From a bacterium HR28 (lineage in GTDB: Bacteria; Chloroflexota; Chloroflexia; Thermomicrobiales; Thermomicrobiaceae): DNA of 64,000 nucleotides. Location: the NCBI GenBank assembly GCA_002898255.1, contig BEIE01000006.1, positions 49,251 to 113,250 of the forward strand, given 5' to 3'. The notes below the pieces were generated by a model. The model worked only from the letters and a program-made list of their open reading frames with translations, ran no database searches and was not told where the DNA came from. Positions 52,731-63,392 of this stretch are shown here, one piece after another. Numbering within the stretch: position 1 is the stretch's first letter; every line of letters begins with the position of its first letter. Both the position numbers and the translations under genes were made by a program.

Positions 52731-55076
52731 ATGACAGCGACAGCAGTTCGTGGGATCGGCGTTCCCGTTAAGCGCAAGGAAGATCCGCGCTTCATCCGGG
52801 GCAAGGGCACCTATGTGGACGATATCAAGCTGCCCGGCATGCTCTTCATGGATATCGTGAGGAGCCCGTACGCGCATGCCCGGATCAAGCGGATCGATGT
52901 CTCCAAAGCGTTAGCGATGCCGGGCGTCATTGACGTGATCACTGGCGAGGAGCTCGCTAAGGCGAACCTCGCTTGGATGCCGACGCTCATGGGTGACCGG
53001 CAAATGGTGCTGCCGACCGACCGGGTCGTGTACTACGCCCAGGAAGTGGCTGCGGTCATCGCGACCGATCGTTATACTGCGGCGGATGCCGTGCTGGCGG
53101 TCGAGGTGGAGTACGAGCCGCTTCCGCCGGTGCTCAACCCATTTGAGGCGTTGAAGCCTGATGCGCCGTTGGTTCGCCCGGATCGCGAGCAGAAGTCGAA
53201 CCATATCTGGCATTGGGAGGCCGGCGACAAAGAGAAGACGGATCGTGTCTTCCAAGAGGCGGAAGTTGTCGTCGCGCAGGATCTGTACATCCCGCGCATC
53301 CATGTGGCCTCCATCGAAACCTGTGGGTGTGTGGCGAACTACGATCCGGCGACCGATAAGTTGACGATCTGGATGACTTCGCAGGCACCGCATGCGCATC
53401 GCACCGTCTTTTCACTCGTCACCGGCATTCCGGAGCACAAGATCCGCATCATCTCGCCGGACATCGGCGGGGGATTCGGTGGGAAAGTGCCGGTCTATCC
53501 AGGGTATGTCATCGCCACTTATGCGACGTTGAAGCACAAGAAGCCAATCAAGTGGATCGAGGATCGCTCAGAAAACCTGCAGGCCGATTCCTTTGCGCGG
53601 GACTACCACATCCACGCCGAGCTCGCTGCGACCCGTGATGGGAAGATCCGTGGGTTGCGTGTCCACGTGGTGGCCGACCACGGCGCGTTCGATGCGGCGG
53701 CGAACCCCTCCCGTTTCCCGGCCGGTCTCTTCAGCGTCTGCACTGGGTCTTACGACATGGAGGCCGCACACATTCAGGTCGACGGGGTGTACACGACCAA
53801 GCCGCCCGGAGGCGTTGCCTACCGCTGCTCGTTCCGCGTGACGGAGGCGGTGCACACGATTGAACGGATGGTCGATATCTTGGCTGATGAGCTTGGCATG
53901 GATCCCGCCGAGATCCGTTTCAAGAACTTCATCCAGCCACACCAGTTCCCGTACAAGTCGCCGACCGGCTGGGAGTACGACAGCGGCAATTATCCGGCTG
54001 CGCTGCAGAAAGCGCTGGATATGATCGGGTACCAGGAGCTCCGGCGGGAACAGGCTGAGCGCCGTGCTCGCGGCGAGCTGATGGGAATCGGGATCTCGAC
54101 CTTTACCGAGATCGTCGGTGCCGGCCCATCGCATACATTCGACATTCTCGGCATCAAGATGTTTGACAGTGCCGAGATCCGGGTGCATCCGACCGGCGCC
54201 GTCATCGTGCGTATCGGTGTCCAGACTCAAGGGCAGGGTCACGAGACGACGTTCGCGCAGATTGTCGCCGAGGAGCTCGGGATTCCGGTTGAGTACATCA
54301 CTGTCGAGCACGGAGACACGGATACGGCGCCCTACGGATTAGGTACCTATGCCAGCCGGAGCACCCCGACGGCCGGTGCAGCGACAGCGGTGGCAGCACG
54401 CAAGATCCGCGAAAAGGCGCGACTCATCGCAGCGCATCTCCTCGAGGTCAGCCCGGATGACCTGGAATGGAAGGACTACGCCTTCCGGGTCAAGGGTGCC
54501 CCCGACCGCTACAAGACAATGCAGGAGATCGCTTTTGCAGCCTATACCAACTTCCCGTTGGGTCTTGAGCCGGGTCTCGAGGCGGAGTGCTACTATGATC
54601 CGCCCAATCTGACGTTCCCCTTTGGTGCCTATGTCTGCGTCGTGGACATTGACCGCGGGACAGGACAAGTCAAGATTCGTGAGTTCCTCGCCGTCGATGA
54701 CTGCGGGACAATCATCAACCCGATGATTGTCGAAGGGCAGATTCATGGTGGGCTGACGATGGGTATGGCGCCAGCGCTCTTCGAGGAGATTGTCTACGAC
54801 GAGAACGGGACGATGCTCACCGGTACCTTTATGGACTACCTCCTGCCGACGGCGGTGGAGACGCCGCACTGGAAGACGGCAAAGACTGTCACGCCCTCAC
54901 CGCATCACCCGTTGGGGGCGAAGGGCGTTGGTGAGAGTCCGACGATTGGCGCGCCGCCGGCCATCGTCAACGCTGTCGTCGATGCACTGAGCCATCTGGG
55001 CGTGCGGCACATCGATATCCCGATCACGCCGGCGAAGGTCTACCGTATCCTCCAGGAAAAGGGCGTGGCGGAGTAA
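52731..55076 (+). CDS. coxL: aerobic CO dehydrogenase large (Mo-Cu) subunit, form I
   Basis: ATG at 52731. The active-site loop VAYRCSFR is present (form-I signature AYxCSFR), in a molybdopterin-binding aldehyde-oxidase/xanthine-dehydrogenase fold. Confidence 0.92.
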   Translation: MTATAVRGIGVPVKRKEDPRFIRGKGTYVDDIKLPGMLFMDIVRSPYAHARIKRIDVSKALAMPGVIDVITGEELAKANLAWMPTLMGDRQMVLPTDRVVYYAQEVAAVIATDRYTAADAVLAVEVEYEPLPPVLNPFEALKPDAPLVRPDREQKSNHIWHWEAGDKEKTDRVFQEAEVVVAQDLYIPRIHVASIETCGCVANYDPATDKLTIWMTSQAPHAHRTVFSLVTGIPEHKIRIISPDIGGGFGGKVPVYPGYVIATYATLKHKKPIKWIEDRSENLQADSFARDYHIHAELAATRDGKIRGLRVHVVADHGAFDAAANPSRFPAGLFSVCTGSYDMEAAHIQVDGVYTTKPPGGVAYRCSFRVTEAVHTIERMVDILADELGMDPAEIRFKNFIQPHQFPYKSPTGWEYDSGNYPAALQKALDMIGYQELRREQAERRARGELMGIGISTFTEIVGAGPSHTFDILGIKMFDSAEIRVHPTGAVIVRIGVQTQGQGHETTFAQIVAEELGIPVEYITVEHGDTDTAPYGLGTYASRSTPTAGAATAVAARKIREKARLIAAHLLEVSPDDLEWKDYAFRVKGAPDRYKTMQEIAFAAYTNFPLGLEPGLEAECYYDPPNLTFPFGAYVCVVDIDRGTGQVKIREFLAVDDCGTIINPMIVEGQIHGGLTMGMAPALFEEIVYDENGTMLTGTFMDYLLPTAVETPHWKTAKTVTPSPHHPLGAKGVGESPTIGAPPAIVNAVVDALSHLGVRHIDIPITPAKVYRILQEKGVAE

Positions 55077-55083
55077 GACCGAA

Positions 55084-55115
55084 GGGAGGGTGCGGGAGAC
55101 CACCCGCACCCTCCC
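55084..55115 (+). terminator. strong stem-loop after coxL (terminator or processing site)
   Basis: Perfect 13-bp stem GGGAGGGTGCGGG / CCCGCACCCTCCC with a 6-nt loop. Only a weak T-tract follows. Confidence 0.5.
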
Positions 55116-55153
55116 GCTGTCCACCTTTGGTGGCGAGCGAGTAGCAGTGTGCG

Positions 55154-56170
55154 ATGACGCGTTCAAGTGGTGACCGGACACAACTGGGGCGCGATCTTTT
55201 CATGCTCGCCGTGGAGCTCCGTGAGCGAGGTATTCCCTTTGTCCTGGCGACCGTCGTGTGGAGTCAAAGCCCGACGTCAGCCAAACCAGGGGCGAAGGGA
55301 ATCGTCACTGCAGACGGTGCACTCTTTGGGTGGGTTGGTGGAAGTTGCGCCCAGCCAGCGGTGATGCGGGAAGCGATTGCTGCGTTGCATGATGGGCAGG
55401 CACGAATCCTCCGCATCGACCCGGCAGGAGCTGAAGGCGCACCAATCCGACCAGGAGTGGTGGTGGCACCGATGACCTGCCACAGCGAAGGGGCTTTGGA
55501 GATTTTCTTGGAGCCGTTTCTTCCTGCGCCGCAACTGTTGATCTACGGCGAGAGTCCCGTCGCTGATGCCCTCCTGCGCCTTGGCAGCGCAATGGGGTAC
55601 TACGTTGTTGCCTTCCGGCCTGGTGCAACAGGTGCCCCGGCGGAGGCCGACGAGTGGGTAGATGGCCTCGACCCCGGCGAGCGACCGCGACGGCGACCAA
55701 GCGTCGCTATCGTCGCCAGCCTGGGAGCCTACGATGAGGATGCTATCGAAGCGGCACTCCGCGCCGGGGTGCCGCTGGTGGAACTTGTCGCCAGTCGGAA
55801 GCGCTTCGCGGCCATCCGCGCAGCACTTGCGTCAACAGTGCCTGACGAGTTGCTCGGGCGAGTGAAGGCACCGGCCGGACTTGACATCGGGGCAACGAGC
55901 CCGGAGGAGATTGCGGTCAGTGTGCTTGCGGAACTTATTGCGCGCAAGCAGGATTGGCGCAGTGCCTGGCGCCCCGAGGGTGCAGTCGCAGCCGTGCCGG
56001 AAGAGGCAGCTGCCGAGGCAATCGATCCGGTGTGCGGGATGACTGTCGATCCGCGTACGACACGTCACGTTGCTGAATATCGCGGCCAGCGCTATTACTT
56101 CTGTTGCCCAGCCTGTCGACGGCTCTTTGAAACGGATCCAGAGTCATATCTTGCGTCGAGACCCCGCTAG
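55154..56170 (+). CDS. XdhC/CoxI-family accessory protein fused to a C-terminal YHS/TRASH metal-binding domain
   Basis: XdhC_CoxI N-domain (FVLATVVWSQSPTSAKPGAKGIV...GGSCAQPAV), a Rossmann-like XdhC_C domain (LLIYGESPVADALL), then DPVCGMTVDPRTTRHVAEYRGQRYYFCCPACRRLFETDPESY. Confidence 0.8.
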   Translation: MTRSSGDRTQLGRDLFMLAVELRERGIPFVLATVVWSQSPTSAKPGAKGIVTADGALFGWVGGSCAQPAVMREAIAALHDGQARILRIDPAGAEGAPIRPGVVVAPMTCHSEGALEIFLEPFLPAPQLLIYGESPVADALLRLGSAMGYYVVAFRPGATGAPAEADEWVDGLDPGERPRRRPSVAIVASLGAYDEDAIEAALRAGVPLVELVASRKRFAAIRAALASTVPDELLGRVKAPAGLDIGATSPEEIAVSVLAELIARKQDWRSAWRPEGAVAAVPEEAAAEAIDPVCGMTVDPRTTRHVAEYRGQRYYFCCPACRRLFETDPESYLASRPR

Positions 56171-56868
56171 TCGGGTCTGATCGCTCAACTCCGGAGACTT
56201 CTCCCTCTCTCCATTCAGTGCACGTGCCGGAGCTCGTACTGCTGGCGGTCGGCGCCAACTGTGAGACGGAGACGTGGGCGGCCGAACGCCGCTGTACTTC
56301 TCTCCGGTGATATGTCCGCAAAACAGACCATGGAGGCGTGAGATGACGCTCATCGCAGCGGTGATCGCTCGGACTCTGCTGCTCGCGGGACGTTGACTGT
56401 GCATAGGCGAGGTGAGGGAGTCACCCTCCCTTGGCAAGAGAGGGAAGAACACCACTGTATCGGAGGGTGAAGAGGGTTGCAGCCCGCTGTGGCTAACGGC
56501 GTGATGGCGCATACCAAGCATGAGGGCGGGGCGGCCTGGTGGGTACCGCCCCGAAGAGAGGGGTAGAGAGGGGGAAACTGGAGGTGCAGAGAGGGTATTC
56601 GTACGCCGACTCGAGAGGAAGGCCGAGCCGGCAATTCAGTGCAGCGCACCGATCACCTCTCGGCATGAAGCCGTTCGTGTCTTGCGCTGCGAACGTCAGT
56701 GTAACGCAACATGGTCGCCGTGTCTGTCGGGAAAACTTAGACATCGACCTCGACAGTTCTGTGGCCGCGAGACTGCCGTGCTGTGACGATCCGGAGTAGA
56801 GTTAGGAGAGACAAGGAGCGGCCTCACGTCGTGAGGGAATCTGCGGGAGCGGTAGAGGGAGAGCGGCG

Positions 56869-59652
56869 ATGGTGACGCGAGGAAACGATCCGTTTGGCGC
56901 GAGGGGCATGCTGGAGACGCCGGAAGGGCGCGTGACCTATTTCCGGCTTGCAGCGGTCGCTGACCAGCTCGCGGTGCCGCTGGAGCAGTTGCCGTTCACC
57001 GTGAAAATTCTCCTGGAGAACGTTCTCCGCTACGCGGGAACGCCTCCATTCACGGAGGACGATGTAGCGCTCGTGGCGAGTTGGCGGCCGGGTGAAAAGG
57101 CGGCCCGAGAATTCCCGTTCCTGCCAGCCCGTGTGCTCCTCCAGGACTTCACTGGTGTGCCAGCGGTCGTTGACCTCGCGGCGATGCGAACCGCCGTTGC
57201 TCGACTCGGTGGCGATCCTGCCCGCATCAACCCACTGGTTCCAGTCGACTTGGTGATCGACCACTCTGTGCAGGTCGATGTCTTTGGGACGACGGTGGCG
57301 TTCCAGCGCAATGTGGAAAAGGAGTACGAGCGGAACCGTGAGCGCTATATGCTCCTGCGCTGGGCGCAGCAGGCATTCCGCAACTTCCGCGTTGTTCCAC
57401 CGGGAACAGGTATTGTGCACCAGGTCAACTTAGAGTACCTGGCGTCGGTCGTCGCGGTGCGGCAGCATGACGGAGAAGCGGTTGCATTCCCAGATACGCT
57501 TGTTGGGACGGATTCCCACACGACGATGATCAATGCGCTCGGGGTGTTGGGCTGGGGCGTCGGTGGGATTGAGGCCGAAGCGGTACTCCTCGGCCAGCCG
57601 ATCTACCTGCTCCTCCCAGAAGTCGTCGGGCTCCGCCTCGTCAATGAGCCGCCGGGTGGGGTGACAGCGACCGACCTCGTGCTCACCATTACGCAGCTTC
57701 TGCGGCAAGTGGGCGTGGTTGGGAAGTTTGTCGAAGTTTTTGGGCCGGGTCTGCGGCACCTGAGCCTCCCGGATCGGGCGACGATCTCCAACATGGCTCC
57801 AGAGATGGGTGCGACGGCGGTCATGTTCCCGATTGACGATGAGACGCTCGGCTACCTGAAGCTCACCGGGCGGAGCGAGGGGCACGTTCGGTTGGTCGAG
57901 GCCTATGCGAAGGAGCAAGGGCTCTTCCGTACTGCAGATGGGCCTGAGCCGGTGTTCGATCAGGTGGTTGAGCTGGATCTCGCGACGTTGGAGCCGAGCC
58001 TCGCTGGACCACGTCGGCCGCAGGACCGTGTCCGGCTCTCCGAGCTCCCAGCAAGTCTCCGGGCGGCCTTCCCGGAACAGTTCTCCCAGTCTCAGACGGA
58101 TCAAGAGCGGTTCGACTGGGAGGGTGGGACGGTGAACGAAGCGGAAGAGCCGAGCGAGCCGGTTGTGCCGGTCGGCCAGCGACGCAAGGTGGTCGATGTC
58201 CATCTGGATGGGCGGCATGTGGAACTCACGCATGGCTCGGTGGTGATCGCGGCGATCACGAGCTGTACCAACACCTCGAATCCCGAAGTGATGCTGGGGG
58301 CCGGCATCCTGGCAAAGAAGGCAGTCGAGCGTGGACTGGATACCAATCCGGCGGTGAAGACAAGCCTCGCACCGGGCTCGGGAGTGGTGACGGCCTATCT
58401 GGAGCGCGCTGGTCTCATGCCCTATCTGGAGGCACTGCGCTTCCACCTGGTCGGGTACGGGTGCACAACCTGTATCGGGAACAGTGGGCCGCTGCCCGAG
58501 CCGATCGCTAAGGCGGTGCAGGAGCATGAACTTGTCGTCGCGGCGGTCTTGAGCGGGAACCGCAACTTCGAGGGACGCATCCACCCACAAGTGCGGGCAG
58601 CCTATCTGGCCTCACCGCCACTGGTCGTCGCCTTCGCCATCGCTGGGCGCGTGGACATCGATCTCACGACTGAGCCGCTCGGCTACGACCCGAACGGGGA
58701 ACCAGTGTATCTCCGCGACGTCTGGCCGACGCCGGAAGAGATCCGCGAGGCGATGGAGAAGGCGATCGGGCCGGAGCTCTTCATTGAGCGGTATCGGGAA
58801 GTGTTCACCGGCGACGAGCGCTGGCGTTCCCTTCCGGTGCCAACTGGGGATCTTTACGAATGGGATCCGAACTCGACCTACATCCAGGAGCCACCTTTCT
58901 TCCAGGATCTTGCCCTTGAGCCACCGCCGCTGCATGACATCGAGCGTGCGCGCGTCTTGGCTTGGCTGGGAGATTCAGTGACCACCGACCACATCTCGCC
59001 GGCTGGTTCGATCCCTGTCAATAGCCCAGCCGGGCAATACCTCATCGCGCGGGGCGTGCAGCCGAAGGACTTCAACAGTTACGGTGCGCGACGCGGGAAC
59101 CACGAGGTGATGGTGCGTGGCACGTTTGCGAATATCCGCTTGCGCAACCGGCTCGCTCAGGGGCGCGAGGGCGGCTGGACGACGCATTTCCCGAGTGGGG
59201 AGTTGGTAACGATTTACGAGGCAGCGGTGCGCTATCAGATGGCAGGGACACCACTCCTCGTCATTGCCGGGAAAGAGTACGGGAGCGGGAGCTCGCGCGA
59301 CTGGGCGGCGAAGGGCCCGATGCTGCTCGGCGTGCGGGCAGTGCTTGCCGAGAGTTTTGAGCGGATCCACCGCAGCAACCTGGTTGGCATGGGCGTCCTG
59401 CCGTTACAGTTCCTGCCGGGCCAGAACGCGGAGTCGCTCGGCCTGAACGGGAGTGAGCGCTTCACTATCACGGGTATTGCGGATGGACTTGAGCCGCGCA
59501 AGCTCCTGACAGTGCGTGCTGAACGCGACGACGGCAAGGTGATCGAGTTCCAGGCGATCGCTCGGCTCGATACCGAGATGGAGATCGAGTACTACCGCCA
59601 CGGAGGGATTCTCACCTACGTGTTGCGACGATTACTCCGCGCTGAGGCCTAG
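56869..59652 (+). CDS. acnA: aconitate hydratase A
   Basis: 927 aa with DSHTTMINALGVLGWGVGGIEAE, ITSCTNTSNP and GCTTCIGNSG cluster-ligand motifs. Confidence 0.95.
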   Translation: MVTRGNDPFGARGMLETPEGRVTYFRLAAVADQLAVPLEQLPFTVKILLENVLRYAGTPPFTEDDVALVASWRPGEKAAREFPFLPARVLLQDFTGVPAVVDLAAMRTAVARLGGDPARINPLVPVDLVIDHSVQVDVFGTTVAFQRNVEKEYERNRERYMLLRWAQQAFRNFRVVPPGTGIVHQVNLEYLASVVAVRQHDGEAVAFPDTLVGTDSHTTMINALGVLGWGVGGIEAEAVLLGQPIYLLLPEVVGLRLVNEPPGGVTATDLVLTITQLLRQVGVVGKFVEVFGPGLRHLSLPDRATISNMAPEMGATAVMFPIDDETLGYLKLTGRSEGHVRLVEAYAKEQGLFRTADGPEPVFDQVVELDLATLEPSLAGPRRPQDRVRLSELPASLRAAFPEQFSQSQTDQERFDWEGGTVNEAEEPSEPVVPVGQRRKVVDVHLDGRHVELTHGSVVIAAITSCTNTSNPEVMLGAGILAKKAVERGLDTNPAVKTSLAPGSGVVTAYLERAGLMPYLEALRFHLVGYGCTTCIGNSGPLPEPIAKAVQEHELVVAAVLSGNRNFEGRIHPQVRAAYLASPPLVVAFAIAGRVDIDLTTEPLGYDPNGEPVYLRDVWPTPEEIREAMEKAIGPELFIERYREVFTGDERWRSLPVPTGDLYEWDPNSTYIQEPPFFQDLALEPPPLHDIERARVLAWLGDSVTTDHISPAGSIPVNSPAGQYLIARGVQPKDFNSYGARRGNHEVMVRGTFANIRLRNRLAQGREGGWTTHFPSGELVTIYEAAVRYQMAGTPLLVIAGKEYGSGSSRDWAAKGPMLLGVRAVLAESFERIHRSNLVGMGVLPLQFLPGQNAESLGLNGSERFTITGIADGLEPRKLLTVRAERDDGKVIEFQAIARLDTEMEIEYYRHGGILTYVLRRLLRAEA

Positions 59653-59700
59653 GACGAGCGCGCAAGACGTCAGCCGGGAGCAGATGGAAGGCACGAGGCG

Positions 59701-62391
59701 ATGCGAGAAGGATCCGCCGTCGTCGAAACGCGGCTTGAGAACGGTTTAACCGTTCTTGTCCAGCCGCTGCGGCACGCGCCGGTCGTCTCGTGCTGGATCT
59801 GGTATCGGGTGGGAAGCCGAAACGAGCCGCCAGGGCTGACTGGGGTCTCGCACTGGGTTGAGCACATGCTCTTCAAGGGGACACCGCGCTTCCCACCTGG
59901 CTCGATCTTCCGCCAGGTGAACCGTTGGGGTGGAACACTCAACGGCTTCACCTGGCTGGACTACACGGCCTACTTTGAGACGCTGCCGACGCCAGGGTGG
60001 GAGCTCGCACTCGAGATCGAAGCTGACCGTATGGTCGCGGCCAGCTTCGATCCGGCAGAAGTGGAACGCGAACGGACGGTCATCCTCTCCGAGCGTGCAG
60101 GCAGCGAGAACCAACCAGGCACGTATCTCCGCGAAGAAGTTGTGGCGGCAGCTTTCCGTGCACATCCGTATGGGCATCCGGTGATCGGCTACCGGGAAGA
60201 CTTGCTCCACATCACCCGTGATGAGCTCTATCAGCACTATCGCACGTTTTATCAGCCGAATAACGCGGTACTCGTTGTCGTCGGTGACGTCGAGCCCGTA
60301 GCTGCGCTCCAAGCGGTCGAGCACCACTTCGGAGGGATACCAGCCGGGACAATGCCGCCGGCGCTGCGGGTGACTGAGCCGGAGCAGTGGGGCGAGCGGC
60401 GGGTGACGGTACGTCGCCCAGCTCCGACAGCGCAGCTGCTTATGGCCTGGCGTGTGCCAGCAGCATCGCATCCCGACATACCGGCGCTGCTCGTGCTCGA
60501 TGCGGTACTTTCGGGTGGGAAGCCAGTCGCCTTCGGCGGTAGTGGGATGGGACGGAGCGCACGCCTTTACCGTGCACTTGTCGCCCCAGGGCTCTGTACT
60601 GCCGCTGTCTCGAGTATGTCGCTCACTCTGGATCCTTTCCTCTTCACGATTTCAGCGACGTTGACCCCACTGGTTGAACCGCGGAACGTCGAGCAGCTCG
60701 TCGATGACGTGGTGCGGCGTATCCGAGAGGATCCAGTCAGTGAGGAGGAGCTCGCCCGCGCGAAGCGCCAGCTTGCTGTCCAGTTCGCTGCGGCAAATGA
60801 GAGCGCGCAGAGCCGCGCGGCACTTCTCGGGTCGCTCGCAGTCGTATGTCCCGAGCGCTCACCAGAACAGCTCTGGCGGGAGATCGAGGCGGTGACGAGC
60901 GACGACCTCCTGCGTGTCGCAAATACATATCTGCGACCGGAGCGCCGCACAGTCGGTTGGCTTGAGCCGAGCCCAGAAGGCGAGGGGAGCCTGGGACAAG
61001 CAAGCGTTGTAGGAGCGCGATTCATTCCGCTGGCAGAGCCAGAGACGGTCGCGCCGCGCTACTGGTTCCGTGAGGTACCTGAAAGTTCCGCAGAACCGGT
61101 CGTGCTTCCACGGGTGCAGCTGGCACCAACTGCCGACTACTTGGCGAATGGGGCGTACTTCGTTGGGCAGGAGGTCTCGGCGAGCCGCCTGGCGGTCGTC
61201 AGCGTCCGAATACCAGCCGGTGCTGCCCGCGATGAGAAACGACCGGGGCTCGCCTATGTGACTGGGCAGCTCTTGTCGCGTGGGACGCGGCGGCGCGACG
61301 AGGCATCACTGAATGAGGAACTGGATCGGCTCGGTGCCACGCTGACAGTCGGGGTCGGTCGGGATGCTGTTGACGTGAGCCTGAGCTGCCTCGTTGAGGC
61401 GCTCGATGCGGCGTTGCCGCTCTTTGCCGAGGTCCTGTTGGAGCCAGCATTCCCGTCCGAGCAGTTGGAGAGCGTTCGACAGCAGGCGCTTACCGCCTTA
61501 CGGCAGGCGGAACAAAGCACGCGTGCGCGAGCCGATGCGCTGTTGCGCGCCTTGATTTACCCACCCGGTCATCCCTATCACCATCGGGTGCTCGGAACGG
61601 AGGAAACGCTGGAGACGCTCTCGTCCGAAGAGGTGCGGGCCTTTCACGAGACGTTCTATCGTCCGGCAGGGGCAGTGGTTGCGGTGGCTGGTGGGGTGGA
61701 TCTCGGCCGGGTGCGGGCGTCGCTTGAGCAGGCCCTCGCGTCTTGGCAGGGAGAGGCACCGCGCCTGGCGATCCCGACCGTGGAGCCGTCGGCACAGGGG
61801 CAGCGCCGCAGTGAGACGCTGCCAGCGAAGCAGCAGGCCGATGTGGCGCTCGGTATCGTCACGGTGCCGCGGCAGCATCCGGACTTTGAGGCACTCCGCC
61901 TTGCCAACGTTGTCTTGGGACGGCTCGGCCTCATGGGCCGGATTGGTGCGCGTGTGCGTGAACGCTCGGGCCTGGCGTACTATGCGGCGAGCACATTGGA
62001 GACGGGTGTGGGACCCGGCTACTGGAGCGCCTACGCAGGAGTTGCGCCGGTTCATGTGGAGCGTGTCATTGCGGAGATTGTGGAAGAGATCGAGCGATTC
62101 CGTGAGGAGGGACCGGAAGCACGAGAGCTTGCCGACGCCAAGACGGCGCTCGCTGGAACGATTGTGCTCGGGCTCGCGACGACTGGCGGAGTGGCTGGAG
62201 CACTGCTTGACCTCGCGTTCTATGGGCTGGGGTTGGACTATTTGGAGCGGTTACCCGACCTCCTTGCTGGTATCGATGAGACAATAGTCCGTGACGCGGC
62301 GCTGCGTTACCTTGATCCGCAGCGTCTGCACATTGTCGTCGTTGGCCCGAGCCAGGAGACAGCGCTCTCGGCCTCAGAACCGCAGCGGTAA
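59701..62391 (+). CDS. M16-family zinc peptidase, fused double unit (pitrilysin/PqqL-like)
   Basis: Inverted zinc motif HxxEH (SHWVEHMLFKG) in the first half. The second half is a non-catalytic M16C repeat. Confidence 0.88.
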   Translation: MREGSAVVETRLENGLTVLVQPLRHAPVVSCWIWYRVGSRNEPPGLTGVSHWVEHMLFKGTPRFPPGSIFRQVNRWGGTLNGFTWLDYTAYFETLPTPGWELALEIEADRMVAASFDPAEVERERTVILSERAGSENQPGTYLREEVVAAAFRAHPYGHPVIGYREDLLHITRDELYQHYRTFYQPNNAVLVVVGDVEPVAALQAVEHHFGGIPAGTMPPALRVTEPEQWGERRVTVRRPAPTAQLLMAWRVPAASHPDIPALLVLDAVLSGGKPVAFGGSGMGRSARLYRALVAPGLCTAAVSSMSLTLDPFLFTISATLTPLVEPRNVEQLVDDVVRRIREDPVSEEELARAKRQLAVQFAAANESAQSRAALLGSLAVVCPERSPEQLWREIEAVTSDDLLRVANTYLRPERRTVGWLEPSPEGEGSLGQASVVGARFIPLAEPETVAPRYWFREVPESSAEPVVLPRVQLAPTADYLANGAYFVGQEVSASRLAVVSVRIPAGAARDEKRPGLAYVTGQLLSRGTRRRDEASLNEELDRLGATLTVGVGRDAVDVSLSCLVEALDAALPLFAEVLLEPAFPSEQLESVRQQALTALRQAEQSTRARADALLRALIYPPGHPYHHRVLGTEETLETLSSEEVRAFHETFYRPAGAVVAVAGGVDLGRVRASLEQALASWQGEAPRLAIPTVEPSAQGQRRSETLPAKQQADVALGIVTVPRQHPDFEALRLANVVLGRLGLMGRIGARVRERSGLAYYAASTLETGVGPGYWSAYAGVAPVHVERVIAEIVEEIERFREEGPEARELADAKTALAGTIVLGLATTGGVAGALLDLAFYGLGLDYLERLPDLLAGIDETIVRDAALRYLDPQRLHIVVVGPSQETALSASEPQR

Positions 62392-62726
62392 TATGCGCGC
62401 TGTGCGGCGGTCAATCCCACCGTTGTAGTGAGAACAGAGGGGCTGCAGTGCTTCTCCGCCCAGGCGGAACGAAAGCTCCTGTGACGCTTGCCCTCCTGGC
62501 GAGGCGATACAGCGGGCGAAGTGGTCTGCAGGTCGACGCCTGGCTTCACGCGGTTCCTTGGAGGTTGCTTGTCCGCCACAGCGGGCAGGGCCGTGCCTGA
62601 TGCGAGGAGAGGATCACAGCGAGAGTGTCATCTGGCTCGGTTCGAGGCTCGACCAATTTCGGCAGATTTGGCAGAATCGGCCCGAGGTGGTGGATCGAGT
62701 TGCGTGGAAAGGGACGGAGCGAGAAG

Positions 62727-63392
62727 ATGAGTCTGATGCCACGCTACACGGTCTTCTGGCTTGCTGCGCTGGACCGCGAGCGTGTCCCGAGTGATGTGGA
62801 AATGGCGATCGCAGAGTTTGTGCAGTTGCTGGAGCGCAGCGAGGGGACGCAGCCCCGCGGGTCATATCTGTCAGTTGGTTTTCGCCCGGATGTCGATCTC
62901 ATTTTGTGGGTCTTAGGGCACGATCCAGCCTACATCCAGGATCTCGCGCTGGCGCTGCGGCGAACAGCGATTGGCCGAGCGTTGCAGCTACGCTACGCCT
63001 ACTTCGGTATGGCAGGGTCCTCGCAGTATGATCCGACCCATGGCCCGGCATTTCTCCGCGGAGTCCCCCCGAAACGGTATCTCAGCGTCTATCCCTTTGT
63101 GAAGACGCCAGAGTGGTATCTCTTGCCGTTTGAGGAGCGACGGCGTCTTATGGCCGAGCATGGGCGGCTCGGTGACGAGTTTCCGAGTGTGCTGACCAAC
63201 ACGGTCAATTCCTTCGGTGTTCAGGATCAGGAGTTCATCGTGGCTCTCGAGGACGATGACGTTGGGACGTTAATCACGATGGTGCAGCGTCTTCGGGCAG
63301 CCGAGGTACGGAAGTACACGCAGCTGGACACCCCGATCTTCCTCGGGCAGCGCTACGAGCCAGCGGAGGCGCTCCGGCGTCTACTCTCTTGA
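62727..63392 (+). CDS. chlorite dismutase-family protein (HemQ/coproheme decarboxylase-like)
   Basis: MSLMPRYTVFW...YLSVYPFVKTPEWYLLPFEERRRLMAEHG...FGVQDQEFIVALEDDD...RLRAAEVRKYT is typical of the Cld/HemQ family. Confidence 0.8.
   Translation: MSLMPRYTVFWLAALDRERVPSDVEMAIAEFVQLLERSEGTQPRGSYLSVGFRPDVDLILWVLGHDPAYIQDLALALRRTAIGRALQLRYAYFGMAGSSQYDPTHGPAFLRGVPPKRYLSVYPFVKTPEWYLLPFEERRRLMAEHGRLGDEFPSVLTNTVNSFGVQDQEFIVALEDDDVGTLITMVQRLRAAEVRKYTQLDTPIFLGQRYEPAEALRRLLS

Noticed and set aside
63353-63392. 40-nt convergent overlap of the Cld-family and DUF92 genes, considered as a sign of a mis-called end or frameshift.
   Set aside because: Both C-termini read as plausible protein up to their stops, and convergent overlaps of this size occur in compact high-GC genomes. 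Nothing further can be resolved from the sequence alone.
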